64,000 nt of DNA, taken from the NCBI GenBank assembly GCA_963663385.2, contig CAXXXD010000003.1, positions 416,001 through 480,000 of the forward strand. The letters are read 5' to 3'. Source of the DNA: Oceanispirochaeta sp. Its GTDB lineage: Bacteria; Spirochaetota; Spirochaetia; DSM-2461. Position numbers and translations under genes: made by a program. The notes under the pieces are model-generated. The model was not told the origin of the DNA and searched no databases. It saw only the letters and a list, made by a program, of their open reading frames with translations. Shown piece after piece: positions 21,371 through 31,344 of this stretch (positions are counted from its first letter, which is position 1; the number at the start of each line of letters is the position of its first letter).

Positions 21371-21529
21371 ATGATGAAAAGATTATTTGGTAGAAAAAAA
21401 CAGGAAGCCTTAAAGGCTCGGGAGGTTAAAGCTCCTGTAGATTATACTCCCGGTGTGTACAGCGATGCCATGATCTGGGCTGCGAGCAAGCTGAATCAGT
21501 TGCAGCTGCAGTCGAATCCCGGCTTCTGA
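21371..21529 (+). CDS. 52-aa small protein absent from the ORF track; possible carboxylase accessory subunit
   Basis: GAGGT RBS; MMKRLFGRKKQEALKAREVKAPVDYTPGVYSDAMIWAASKLNQLQLQSNPGF; lies before the operon terminator. Confidence 0.6.
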   Translation: MMKRLFGRKKQEALKAREVKAPVDYTPGVYSDAMIWAASKLNQLQLQSNPGF

Positions 21530-21563
21530 CTCATAAATACTATTTAAAAAATGTTCGGTTTTC

Positions 21564-21617
21564 ACCGGTATCAGCCCCAACTGCAGAGAGATCCTTCCGG
21601 GCTGGTACCGGTTTTTT
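21564..21617 (+). terminator. Intrinsic terminator of the ALDH-carboxyltransferase operon
   Basis: ACCGGTATCAGCCC...GGGCTGGTACCGGT followed by a T-run. Confidence 0.7.
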
Positions 21618-21714
21618 ATGTGTTTTACCAGTATACGCCGGATCAGAAGTTAAAACAGGGTCTGAATGAAGAAGCTCAGGGTTCATCATTCAGACTCAGT
21701 TTTTGATGGCCGTG

Positions 21715-22425
21715 TCACTTGTTGATCTGCAGTCTGTTCTTGATATTTTCAATATGGGAACTGAAGGTATCCACCGAGTTGGATACTTCGCCTGTTCCGA
21801 TAGTATCGATTATCTGTTGATGCTCGCTGACAATCAGGGCCGGGTCGTTGTAATCGCTCTGGGACTGGTCAATCTCTTCGAACATAAAAGACTTAAGGGT
21901 TTTATAGATAGAGTAGAAGAGGGTATTCCCTGTGCTTTTCACAATGATATTGTGAAAATTATAATCCGCCTCAATCATGTTTTCCCGCTGCCCCGCGTCC
22001 AGGCTCATCTTCATATGGTCCACCTGTTTCTGCAGTTCTTTTATTATACCGGCTACTTTATCAGGATCTTCGTTCTGCAGATGGGTGAGGGTGATAATAC
22101 TCCAAAGCTCAATGGCCCCTCTTGTTTCGATCAGTTCCTGCTGTTCCTCTTTACCCAGAAGGATGGACCAGGAAAGGGCTTCCGCGGAGATATTGGCTCT
22201 GTCCGAGAGAAATGTACCCTTGGCCGCCTTGGATTCCAGCACGCCAAGGTAGTTAAAAATTTTAATGGCCTCCCGAATGGAGGAACGGCCGATACCGAAC
22301 CGCTCTGCCAGCTCATTTTCTGTCGGGATTTTATCTCCCGGTTTATATTTTCCGGAGGCTATCAGATCTTTGATATGCTCCATTACCTGTTCCACTACCG
22401 TTTTCTGTTTTATCTTCTGAACCAT
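21715..22425 (-). CDS. GntR-family regulator, FadR subfamily (FCD domain)
   Basis: PGDKIPTENELAERFGIGRSSIREA...GTF; ADYNFH, EHQQI. Confidence 0.92.
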   Translation of the reverse strand: MVQKIKQKTVVEQVMEHIKDLIASGKYKPGDKIPTENELAERFGIGRSSIREAIKIFNYLGVLESKAAKGTFLSDRANISAEALSWSILLGKEEQQELIETRGAIELWSIITLTHLQNEDPDKVAGIIKELQKQVDHMKMSLDAGQRENMIEADYNFHNIIVKSTGNTLFYSIYKTLKSFMFEEIDQSQSDYNDPALIVSEHQQIIDTIGTGEVSNSVDTFSSHIENIKNRLQINK

Positions 22426-22437
22426 TTTTTATGCTCC

Positions 22438-22472
22438 TATTGTATGATAATATAACATTAATACAAATTCAA
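22438..22472 (-). promoter_or_regulatory. gntR promoter with putative autoregulatory operator
   Basis: TTGAAT-17-TATCAT on the minus strand; 22438-22452 reads TATTATCATACAATA, identical to the tal-upstream site. Confidence 0.65.
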
Positions 22473-22560
22473 CAACAGAATTATTCTGTTTATCTGTTTT
22501 ATATTTATTTATAAATAAAACAGTGTTTTTTGTATAGAATACTGTTGAAAAAGATTACTG

Positions 22561-22574
22561 GCGCAAACGTTTGA
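22561..22574. promoter_or_regulatory. LacI-family operator-like site (distal)
   Basis: GCGCAAACGTTTGA with palindromic core CAAACGTTTG. Confidence 0.55.
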
Positions 22575-22640
22575 TATTTAAGTGATTTTTTTATCGATAT
22601 TTATTTAATGATTTTTTAAAGGAATATAATATTCAAATTG

Positions 22641-22655
22641 TAATGTCTGATAATA
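22641..22655 (-). promoter_or_regulatory. Additional GntR-type operator copy
   Basis: Reverse complement TATTATCAGACATTA, 13/15 match to the tal site. Confidence 0.5.
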
Positions 22656-22722
22656 TGTAAATAGGCTAAGTTGTTTTAATATAATGAATAAAAATGAAAA
22701 AATAAAATATATCAGAAAAAAC

Positions 22723-22777
22723 TTGACAGAAAATCAAACTAGGAGTGATAATGATTAAGTATCGGAAACGTTTGCGT
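22723..22777 (+). promoter_or_regulatory. Promoter of the inositol ABC operon with proximal LacI operator
   Basis: TTGACA-18-GATAAT followed by GGAAACGTTTGCG (22764-22776). Confidence 0.6.
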
Positions 22778-22853
22778 AAATGTAATGTATTCCGTAAAAA
22801 AAAAGAACCGGCAGGGGAATGCCGGTATATGCCGAGAGGCAGGAGGAGAATTT

Positions 22854-23792
22854 ATGAGAAAGCTTTTAGTAGCGCTGATGATGATGGCTCTGTTGACAGG
22901 GGCTGTATTCGCAAATGGACAGCAGGAAGATGAGGGTTATAAAGTAGGTTATGTATGTAACAACTTTAATGATACCTTTCAGACTTATGTAATGGATGCG
23001 GCAGAAGCCTACTTCAATAATGTAGCTGATGTGGAAATCGTTCTTCAGGACTCCGTTGAGGATGTTATTCGTCAGCAGGACCTTGTTAATACACTGATTG
23101 CACAGAAAGTTGATGCACTGATTGTTGTGCCTGTTGATACAAGCGCTATGGAACCCATTGTAAAAGCAGCTGACGAAGCAGGAATTCCCCTTTGCTTCGT
23201 AAACAGAAACCCCTATGCAGGAAAATCCCTTCCTGAAAATGTTTTCTACGTAGGTTCTCAGGAAATCATCGCCGGACAGCAGCAGATGGAATACATGGGA
23301 GAACTCATGGGCGGAAAAGGCGGTGTCGGTATCCTGATGGGTAAACTGGACAACGAAGGCGCTCTGAAAAGAACAGAAGGAAACGAAGCTGTTATTGCAG
23401 ATAAGTTTCCCGGCATTAAGATTCTTGCAAAAGAGACCGGTAACTGGCAGAGAGACCAGGGCATGACTCTGACAGAAAACTGGCTGACCGCTTACGGTTC
23501 CGATCTGAATGGAATCCTGGCTAACAACGATGAAATGGCACTTGGTGCTGTAGAAGCTCTGAAAGCTGCCGGAAGAGAAGATATCTTCGTAATGGGTGTT
23601 GATGCCATTCCCGATGCAAAAGAAGCTGTCGGAAACGGATCTCTGGCTGCTACTGTACTTCAGGATGCTGTTGGACAGGGAGAAGGCGGAGCAAAAGTTA
23701 TCCACAGTGTGCTTCAGGGAAAAACTCCCGAGCCGATTACCTGGGTACCCTTTGTACTTATTACACCGGAAAACCTGGCTGATTTTCAGTAA
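22854..23792 (+). CDS. Sugar (probably inositol) ABC transporter substrate-binding protein, RbsB/IbpA-like
   Basis: VDALIVVPVD, FVNR, YVGSQE, GNWQRD, ANNDEMALGA; start MRKLL after AGGAGG; iol context. Confidence 0.85.
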   Translation: MRKLLVALMMMALLTGAVFANGQQEDEGYKVGYVCNNFNDTFQTYVMDAAEAYFNNVADVEIVLQDSVEDVIRQQDLVNTLIAQKVDALIVVPVDTSAMEPIVKAADEAGIPLCFVNRNPYAGKSLPENVFYVGSQEIIAGQQQMEYMGELMGGKGGVGILMGKLDNEGALKRTEGNEAVIADKFPGIKILAKETGNWQRDQGMTLTENWLTAYGSDLNGILANNDEMALGAVEALKAAGREDIFVMGVDAIPDAKEAVGNGSLAATVLQDAVGQGEGGAKVIHSVLQGKTPEPITWVPFVLITPENLADFQ

Positions 23793-23803
23793 TTGAATAG
23801 CCG

Positions 23804-23835
23804 AGGGGAAAAGCCGGAGGTTTTTCCCCTTTTTT
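23804..23835 (+). terminator. Hairpin after the substrate-binding protein gene
   Basis: AGGGGAAAAGCC-GGA-GGTTTTTCCCCT followed by a T-run. Confidence 0.55.
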
Positions 23836-23847
23836 ATGGAGGGATTT

Positions 23848-25365
23848 ATGGCAGAGGAAAAATATATCCTGGAAATGACGGATATTGTAAAGACCTTTCC
23901 CGGCGTACAGGCACTCAAGGGTGTTCAGCTGAAGGTCAAACCGGGTGAGATCCATGCTCTGATGGGGGAGAATGGCGCCGGTAAATCTACACTTATGAAC
24001 TGTCTGGCAGGAGTTCATGGACAAACTTCAGGAACCATTTTATATGATGGTAAAGTAAGAGAAAATTATAATACAATTCAGGCTCTTGAAATGGGTATCT
24101 CTATGATACACCAGGAATTGAGTCCTGTTCTTCACAGACCGATCATGGAAAACATCTGGTTAGGCAGAGAACCTTTAAACAAATTCGGTCTTGTTGATCA
24201 CCAGAAAATGTATGAGATGAGCGTGGAAGTTCTGAAAGAGATCGATCTTGATGTCGATCCCAGAACAGAGATGGTAAATCTGACTGTAGCAAAAATGCAG
24301 ATGATAGAAATAGCCAAAGCTGTTTCTTTTGATTCCAAACTGATTATTATGGATGAACCCACATCTGCCCTGGCTGACAAAGAGATAAATCAGCTTTTTA
24401 CCATTATGCGGAAGCTGAAAGAAAGCGGTAAAAGCATTATATATATCTCTCATAAACTGGATGAGGTTTATGAGATTACTGATCGTATTTCCGTTTTTCG
24501 GGACGGTATTTATATCGGAACGGAGGATACTGACAAGCTGTCAGAGGATCAGCTCATTAAGATGATGGTAGGACGGGAAGTCAATGAACTCTTTCCCAAG
24601 GAACCCTGTCCTATCGGCGATGTAAAGATGGAAGTAAGGGGTCTGACCCACAGCAGGCATTTCAGGGATGTGTCCTTTACAGTCAGGAAAGGCGAGATCC
24701 TGGGGGTCGCCGGTTTGATTGGAGCGGGCCGAACGGAAGTTATTGAAACAATTTTCGGAATTCGGGAAAAAGTCAGCGGTGAAGTATTGATCGACGGGAA
24801 ACCCGTTGAAATCAACTCTCCCAGGGATGCTATTGCCAATCATATGGCTCTATTGACAGAAGACCGCCGTCATTCGGGGATCTTCCCCATGCTGTCGGTC
24901 CGCTTGAATATGGCCATTACCAACTTTCCGAAATTCCTGAATAAATTCGGACTGATCCGGGACAGGGATGTAAAGAAAGAGTGTGATGAATATGTTAAAA
25001 AAATCCAGGTGAAAACACCCAGTCTGCAGCAGCGGGTAGAGAATCTATCCGGTGGAAATCAGCAGAAAGTACTGGTTTCCCGCTGGTTGATGACCAATCC
25101 GGATATCCTTTTTCTGGATGAACCGACACGTGGTATCGATGTAGGAGCAAAATCAGAGATCCATCGTCTGATAACCAGGTTGGCCGGAGAGGGAAAATCT
25201 ATTGTCATGGTTTCTTCCGAACTACCGGAAGTAATGGGGATGAGTGACCGCATTATGATAATGCATGAAGGGAAAGTAACCGGTATCGTTGATAACCGGG
25301 ACGACCTCACTCAAGAGGAATTAATGACCTATGCTACTGGAAAAGCTGGGAAGAAGGGGGCGTAA
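23848..25365 (+). CDS. Sugar ABC transporter ATP-binding protein (tandem NBD, RbsA/MglA-like)
   Basis: GENGAGKST, MDEPT, LSGGNQQK, LDEPTRGIDVGAK. Confidence 0.92.
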   Translation: MAEEKYILEMTDIVKTFPGVQALKGVQLKVKPGEIHALMGENGAGKSTLMNCLAGVHGQTSGTILYDGKVRENYNTIQALEMGISMIHQELSPVLHRPIMENIWLGREPLNKFGLVDHQKMYEMSVEVLKEIDLDVDPRTEMVNLTVAKMQMIEIAKAVSFDSKLIIMDEPTSALADKEINQLFTIMRKLKESGKSIIYISHKLDEVYEITDRISVFRDGIYIGTEDTDKLSEDQLIKMMVGREVNELFPKEPCPIGDVKMEVRGLTHSRHFRDVSFTVRKGEILGVAGLIGAGRTEVIETIFGIREKVSGEVLIDGKPVEINSPRDAIANHMALLTEDRRHSGIFPMLSVRLNMAITNFPKFLNKFGLIRDRDVKKECDEYVKKIQVKTPSLQQRVENLSGGNQQKVLVSRWLMTNPDILFLDEPTRGIDVGAKSEIHRLITRLAGEGKSIVMVSSELPEVMGMSDRIMIMHEGKVTGIVDNRDDLTQEELMTYATGKAGKKGA

Positions 25366-25368
25366 ATT

Positions 25369-26376
25369 ATGTCTGCAGCAGAAAATATTTTAAAATTAAA
25401 GAAAACAGGGTCCAAAGAGATCCTGCAGAAATACGGTATTGTATTTGTTCTTATTCTGATGGTAATCGGAATAAGTGTCCTGGAACCGGCCTTCCTGAGC
25501 AGTTCCAATATCTTTAATGTTCTGACACAGTCCGCCATATTCGGGATTATGGCATTGGGACTGACATTTGTTATTATCTCCAAGGGAATTGACCTGTCTG
25601 TCGGTTCTATTCTGGCTTTTGCCGGTGTTGTCGCAGCCAGTCTGGCTCAGACGGCTGAAGCTACCGGAAAATACTATCCCAACCTGGCTGAAATGCCTGT
25701 TCTGGTTCCCATTCTGGCAGCTCTGGGTGTAGGTGCGGCCTGTGGTGCGGTTACGGGTATCCTTATCGCTAAAACCAATATCCCCGCTTTTATCTCTTCT
25801 TTAGGTATGATGACTGTGGCGAGAGGTTTTGCCCTGATTTACTCGGATGGTAAACCTGTCAGTACCCTGATTCCATCCATGACACGTCTCGGCGGCAAAC
25901 TGTGGGGCTTCCTTCCTATTCCCGTACTGATCTATTTTGTCATGATTATTATCAGTTCCGTCCTGCTGAATAAAACAAGATTCGGTAAGAGCGTTTATGC
26001 GGTCGGCGGTAATATCAAGGCTGCCGAGGTATCCGGTGTTAATGTAAGCAAAACCCTGATTGCCATCTATTCATTCTGTGGATTGCTGGCCGGTCTGGCA
26101 GCAATCGTATTTGCCGGCCGTGTCGGTTCTGTTCATCCCGGTGCTGCCTTCGGATATGAATTGACTGCCATTGCAGCAACCACAATCGGTGGAACAAGCC
26201 ATTCAGGCGGTATCGGAACAATCTGGGGCGCTTTTGTAGGTGCCATGGTACTGGCTGTACTCAGAAACGGACTGACTCTTCTTGGTGTTGATGCCTACTG
26301 GCAGCAGGTAACCGAAGGTGTCATCATCGTTGTTGCTGTTATCATCGATATGCGTAAAAACGCTAAAAAAGACTGA
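25369..26376 (+). CDS. Sugar ABC transporter permease (RbsC-like)
   Basis: GIDLSVGS, IPAFI, TRFGKSVYAVGGN, GYELTAIAA. Confidence 0.92.
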   Translation: MSAAENILKLKKTGSKEILQKYGIVFVLILMVIGISVLEPAFLSSSNIFNVLTQSAIFGIMALGLTFVIISKGIDLSVGSILAFAGVVAASLAQTAEATGKYYPNLAEMPVLVPILAALGVGAACGAVTGILIAKTNIPAFISSLGMMTVARGFALIYSDGKPVSTLIPSMTRLGGKLWGFLPIPVLIYFVMIIISSVLLNKTRFGKSVYAVGGNIKAAEVSGVNVSKTLIAIYSFCGLLAGLAAIVFAGRVGSVHPGAAFGYELTAIAATTIGGTSHSGGIGTIWGAFVGAMVLAVLRNGLTLLGVDAYWQQVTEGVIIVVAVIIDMRKNAKKD

Positions 26377-26397
26377 TAAGAGGAAAGAACAGAAGCT

Positions 26398-27411
26398 ATG
26401 AAAAAAATTAAAATCGGTTCAGTCGGTCTGGGACGTCTGGGCCTGCAGCATGCGGAAAATATAGCCACAAGGGTCATGAATGCCGAACTGACGGCCCTGT
26501 GTGATTTGAATGAATCCCTTTTAAATGAAACCGCGGACAGACTGGGAGTAACCCACCGCTGTAAAAGTTTTGAGGAATTGATTGCTATTGAAGAGCTGGA
26601 TGCCATATCCATTGTCTCTCCTTCGCATCTTCATACAGGTCAGATTTCAGCTGCCCTGGCAGCAGGGAAGCATGTGTTTTCGGAAAAACCTCTTGGTGTA
26701 ACTGTAGAGGAGTGCAAAGAAGCGGAAAAGGCTGTGGAAAAGTACTCCGATAAGGTTTTTATGCTGGGCTTTATGCGCCGCTTTGATCCTTCCTATGTGT
26801 ACGCTCATGAAAAAGTGATGGCCGGAGAGATCGGTAAGCCGGTTCTTTTCCGCTCCTACAGTCAGGACCCCGAAAAATTTATTGACGGAGCTATTGCTTT
26901 TGCCGGTCATAGCGGCGGGCAGTTTCTGGATATGGCTGTGCATGATATTGATTTGGCTCGCTGGTTTCTCCAGTCAGAGCCGGAAAGCGTTACAGCCATG
27001 GGAGGCTGCTATGCGCATCCTGAATTCGCTGAATATAAGGACGGGGATAATGTTTCCTGTTTGATGAAGTTCAGGAATGATGCTATGGTTTTTCTGTTTG
27101 CAGGCCGGACGGCTCCCCATGGTTACAATGTGGAGACTGAAATCATTGGAACAAAAGGAATCCTGAGAATCGCTTCTGTTCCGCAGAAAAATCTGGTGGA
27201 AGTCCTTGATAACAGTGGTGTGCGCCGGGAATGCAGCGAAAACTTTCTGGAACGATTTGAAAGTTCCTATGTAAATGAAATGCAGGAATTCGTGGACTGT
27301 ATCCTGGAAGGCCGGAAACCGAAAGTAACCGTATATGACGGGACCAAAGTATCCGAAATCGCCTACAGGTGCAAAGAGTCTTTCGAGACCGGCAATCAAT
27401 TGAGGTTTTAA
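26398..27411 (+). CDS. Gfo/Idh/MocA oxidoreductase, inositol dehydrogenase-like
   Basis: GLGRLG, SEKP, GFMRRFD, SGGQFLDMAVHDID. Confidence 0.85.
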   Translation: MKKIKIGSVGLGRLGLQHAENIATRVMNAELTALCDLNESLLNETADRLGVTHRCKSFEELIAIEELDAISIVSPSHLHTGQISAALAAGKHVFSEKPLGVTVEECKEAEKAVEKYSDKVFMLGFMRRFDPSYVYAHEKVMAGEIGKPVLFRSYSQDPEKFIDGAIAFAGHSGGQFLDMAVHDIDLARWFLQSEPESVTAMGGCYAHPEFAEYKDGDNVSCLMKFRNDAMVFLFAGRTAPHGYNVETEIIGTKGILRIASVPQKNLVEVLDNSGVRRECSENFLERFESSYVNEMQEFVDCILEGRKPKVTVYDGTKVSEIAYRCKESFETGNQLRF

Positions 27412-28436
27412 TGAAAAATACCCAGGTTACCATAAAGGATATTGCGGAAATCGCCGGAGTCAGCTTTTCGACGGTTTCCCGTTCCCTGAACGACAGTTCC
27501 GGAGTTTCGGAAAAAACAAAAAAGAGGATTTGTCAGATTGCGGAAGACCTGGGTTTTGAATTTAATGCCGGCGCGAGGAGTATGATTACGAGCCGTGCCG
27601 GAACCGTGGGGATTGTTCTGCCCGAACAATATACCCTTGTAAATGTTAATGTGTACCACGGGATGCTGATGAACAGCCTCCGAACCTACCTGGAAAAAGC
27701 GGATGTGGATCTGATTGTCACCTATCAGAATAACCATTTCAGCAAGCAGAATAATATAAAACGGCTTATAACACGGAAAAAGGTCGATGGTCTGATTCTT
27801 CTGGATGAGTACATCTCCCCGGAATCTCTGGACTTCATGAAAAACCGGGATTTTCCTTTTGTCTGTACCCATTACCCGCCCGGACCTGCAATCAAAGATC
27901 AGGATGTGATTTTTACGGATCATTATATCGGCGGTCAGCTTGTGGCAGAACATCTGCTTGAAAGGGGACGTACATCATTCCTTCTGCTGGCAATGGCAGT
28001 GGAGCATGACGAGTTTCTCTTGAGAGAGCGGGGATTTATAGAAACCGTTGAGAGGGCCGGTCACAAGGTAAAACGGATTACCAGTGATTCAACATTTGAT
28101 TCGGCCAAAGAGGTAATGAAAGAGCATCTGGCTGCTGCCAGATCCAGTGATGCCCTTTTCGCCATTAATGACCTGATGGCGCTGGGCGCTATGCGGACTT
28201 TGAAGGATAAGGGATTTGACATACCCGACGATATCGCTATCGTCGGGTATGATGACAGTGAATTCGCCCGTTACAGTAACCCCTCCCTTACCTCTATTCA
28301 TCAGCCTCGAGAAGAGCTGGCGCATATTTCCTGCGACCGTCTATTTCTTCAGATGGAAAAGAAGAGGCAGGACGAGGAGTTTATTAAAAAGAGAATCAGC
28401 ATACAGCCGGTTCTTCTGGAGCGGGAGTCGACATAA
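27411..28436 (+). CDS. LacI-family transcriptional regulator
   Basis: VTIKDIAEIAGVSFSTVSRSLN; IPDDIAIVGYDD, PSLTSIHQP. Confidence 0.92.
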   Translation: MKNTQVTIKDIAEIAGVSFSTVSRSLNDSSGVSEKTKKRICQIAEDLGFEFNAGARSMITSRAGTVGIVLPEQYTLVNVNVYHGMLMNSLRTYLEKADVDLIVTYQNNHFSKQNNIKRLITRKKVDGLILLDEYISPESLDFMKNRDFPFVCTHYPPGPAIKDQDVIFTDHYIGGQLVAEHLLERGRTSFLLLAMAVEHDEFLLRERGFIETVERAGHKVKRITSDSTFDSAKEVMKEHLAAARSSDALFAINDLMALGAMRTLKDKGFDIPDDIAIVGYDDSEFARYSNPSLTSIHQPREELAHISCDRLFLQMEKKRQDEEFIKKRISIQPVLLEREST

Positions 28437-28451
28437 ATATGAAAATAAAGC

Positions 28452-28503
28452 TTCACAATATTTAATACTGCTGATACTATATCAGACAATAATACAATAA
28501 GAA
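28452..28503 (+). promoter_or_regulatory. iolB promoter with GntR-type operator
   Basis: TTCACA-17-TACTAT; 28480-28503 TATCAGACAATAATACAATAAGAA matches 17091-17114 at 21/24. Confidence 0.6.
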
Positions 28504-28523
28504 GATACGACAAGGAGGTTGAG

Positions 28524-29339
28524 TTGGTAGTTCGAAATGAAAAAAACATGAAATCCGGGTACACGGCTATAACCGAAGAGAACGGGAAACATTCCGAAAT
28601 GCTTCTGGATTTTGGACTTCTCAATCTGAAAGCTGGTGAGGAATGGACCTGTGAAGAACAAAAAGAACGAGCCTGGCTGCTGATCAGGGGCAACGCCGTA
28701 TTTGAATGGGAAGGAAAATCCGAAGAAGTGACAAGAAGATCCTGCTTTGATGAAAATCCTTCTGTATTACATGTACCCCAGGGTGTCAAAGTGAAAATCA
28801 GAGCGGTTGAGGACACTGAATTCGGAGTTGAAAAGAAGTTAAACGACAAGGATTTTGATTGTAAGCTCTATAAACCGGAGGATGTCCGCTGCGACATATT
28901 CGGCGGAGGGATTATGCATGATGCCGCCAAGAGGACCGTTCGTACCGTATTTGACGGAGAGATAGCTCCCTATTCCAATATGGTAATGGGAGAAGTGATC
29001 AATCACCCCGGGCGCTGGTCCAGCTACCCTCCACACGATCATCCCCAGCCGGAAATCTATCACTACAGACATTTTCCCGAGCAGGGATTTGGTGTCTCCC
29101 TTATAGATGAAGAACCTTACTATGTGAAAAACGGGGATACAACACTGATTTTACCCGATAGAACACACTCTCAGGTGGCTGGTGCCGGATATGCCATGTA
29201 TTACATCTGGATGATTCCTCATCTGGAAAACGACCGTTGGCTGCCTACCACACGGTACTTTCGGAAGGAGCATGAATGGCTCAAGGAACCGGATGTCAAA
29301 ATCTGGCCAGAATTAAAATACGGGGAGGAACAGAAATAA
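28524..29339 (+). CDS. iolB: 5-deoxy-glucuronate isomerase
   Basis: [42 protein letters not shown] start after AAGGAGG. Confidence 0.85.
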   Translation: MVVRNEKNMKSGYTAITEENGKHSEMLLDFGLLNLKAGEEWTCEEQKERAWLLIRGNAVFEWEGKSEEVTRRSCFDENPSVLHVPQGVKVKIRAVEDTEFGVEKKLNDKDFDCKLYKPEDVRCDIFGGGIMHDAAKRTVRTVFDGEIAPYSNMVMGEVINHPGRWSSYPPHDHPQPEIYHYRHFPEQGFGVSLIDEEPYYVKNGDTTLILPDRTHSQVAGAGYAMYYIWMIPHLENDRWLPTTRYFRKEHEWLKEPDVKIWPELKYGEEQK

Positions 29340-31273
29340 TGGGAACAATCAGAATGACAGTCGCTCAGGCGCTGGTAAAATTCCTGAATCAGCAGTATCT
29401 GGAATTTGACGGGAAGGAACATAAATTTGTAGAAGGTATTTTTACCATATTCGGACATGGAAATGTAGTTGGTCTGGGACAGGCTCTGGAAGAAGACCCC
29501 GGGACACTCAAAGTCCATCAGGGAAGAAACGAACAGGGAATGGCTGCGGCTGCCATGGGTTTTGCCAAACAGAATCACAGGCGTAAAATTTATGCGGCTA
29601 CTTCTTCTGTCGGACCCGGCGCTGCCAATATGGTGACTGCGGCCGCAACCGCTACCGCCAACAGGATCCCTGTGCTTCTGCTGCCCGGAGATACCTATGC
29701 TACAAGACAGCCGGACCCGGTTCTCCAGCAGATGGAGCAGTTTCATGATCTGACTCTGACTACGAACGATGCTTTCCGTCCGGTCAGTAAATTCTGGGAC
29801 AGGGTAAACCGTCCCGAACAGCTCATGTCTGCCATGATCAATGCCATGCGGACCCTTACCGATCCGGCCAATACCGGTGCTGTAACGGTTTGTCTTCCCC
29901 AGGATGTTCAGGGGGAAGCCTATGACTACCCCGAATATTTCTTTCAGAAACGGGTTCACCGACTGGAAAGAACAGCGCCGACGGATGCGATGGTGGCAGA
30001 AGCGGCAGCCATGATTAAATCAAAGAAAAAGCCCATGCTGATCTGCGGCGGTGGGGTTCGTTATTCCGAAGCAGGACAGGAACTGATAAAATTCGCCGAG
30101 GAGTTCAATATCCCCTATGCGGAAACCCAGGCCGGTAAGAGTGCTACCCTGCATTCCCATCCCCTGAATATCGGCGGTGTCGGTACAACAGGTTGTCTGG
30201 CAGCCAATACACTGGGACAGGAGACAGATCTTGTAATAGGTGTAGGAACCAGGTATACCGATTTTACCACAGCGTCAAAATGGCTGTATCAGAATCCCGA
30301 TGTGGATTTTATCAATATAAATGTTGCCGGTTTCGACTCCTATAAACTGGATGCCGTGCGCGTCACATCGGATGCAAAAATGGCCCTTGCCGCTCTAAGG
30401 GAAGCTCTTGTGAAAGAGGGATATAAATCTGCCTATACCACTGAGATCAAGGCCGCCAAGGATGAATGGGACAGGGAACTGAACCGGCTTTTCAATCTGA
30501 AATATACTGGATCCGGATTTCAGCCGGAAATCAGGGACGGTCTGAAAGAAAAACTGGAAGAGTACAGCAAATTTCTGGGATCTGAACTGACCCAGACCAG
30601 GGTACTGGGAATCCTTGACGAAGTTCTGGGTGAAAACTCTATCTGTGTTGGAGCCGCCGGTTCTCTTCCGGGAGACCTGCAGAGGGTTTACCGGGCAAAA
30701 AGCGAACGGTCCTATCATATGGAATACGGTTACTCCTGTATGGGGTATGAAATCGCCGCGGCTCTGGGGGCCAAGCTGGCGGAGCCGGAACGTGAAGTCT
30801 ATGCCCATCTGGGTGACGGTTCCTTTATGATGCTCCACTCCGAACTGGCGACATCTATACAGGAGGGAATGAAGATCAACTGTCTGGTATTTGACAATGT
30901 TGAATTCGGCTGTATCAACAACCTGCAGATGGAAAGGGGACAGGGCAGCTTCGGTACTGAATTCCGTCACAGGGATCCCGCATCCGGTAAACTGGCAGGT
31001 CCTCTGGTTTCTGTGGATTTTGCCAAAATCGGTGAAGGATACGGCTGTAAAACCTATACGGTCAAGAACGAAGAAGAGCTTAAAGCTGCCATTGAGGATG
31101 CAAAAAAACAGACTGTATCCACAGTGATTGATATAAAGGTTCTACCTAAAACAATGACCGGCGGATACAAGGGATTCTGGCGCTGCGGGCAGGCGGAAGT
31201 TGCTGAAAGCAAATCCGTTGTTGAAAAGACGGAAGAGATGAAAAACGAGCTGAAAAGAGCCCGACAGTACTGA
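29339..31273 (+). CDS. iolD: 3D-(3,5/4)-trihydroxycyclohexane-1,2-dione acylhydrolase (ThDP-dependent)
   Basis: [59 protein letters not shown]. Confidence 0.95.
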   Translation: MGTIRMTVAQALVKFLNQQYLEFDGKEHKFVEGIFTIFGHGNVVGLGQALEEDPGTLKVHQGRNEQGMAAAAMGFAKQNHRRKIYAATSSVGPGAANMVTAAATATANRIPVLLLPGDTYATRQPDPVLQQMEQFHDLTLTTNDAFRPVSKFWDRVNRPEQLMSAMINAMRTLTDPANTGAVTVCLPQDVQGEAYDYPEYFFQKRVHRLERTAPTDAMVAEAAAMIKSKKKPMLICGGGVRYSEAGQELIKFAEEFNIPYAETQAGKSATLHSHPLNIGGVGTTGCLAANTLGQETDLVIGVGTRYTDFTTASKWLYQNPDVDFININVAGFDSYKLDAVRVTSDAKMALAALREALVKEGYKSAYTTEIKAAKDEWDRELNRLFNLKYTGSGFQPEIRDGLKEKLEEYSKFLGSELTQTRVLGILDEVLGENSICVGAAGSLPGDLQRVYRAKSERSYHMEYGYSCMGYEIAAALGAKLAEPEREVYAHLGDGSFMMLHSELATSIQEGMKINCLVFDNVEFGCINNLQMERGQGSFGTEFRHRDPASGKLAGPLVSVDFAKIGEGYGCKTYTVKNEEELKAAIEDAKKQTVSTVIDIKVLPKTMTGGYKGFWRCGQAEVAESKSVVEKTEEMKNELKRARQY

Positions 31274-31344
31274 TTCCGGTAAGGTTCAATTTTATTTCCC
31301 GGAGGGATACTTACTCCGGGAAACTGAATATATAAGGGAAAATT

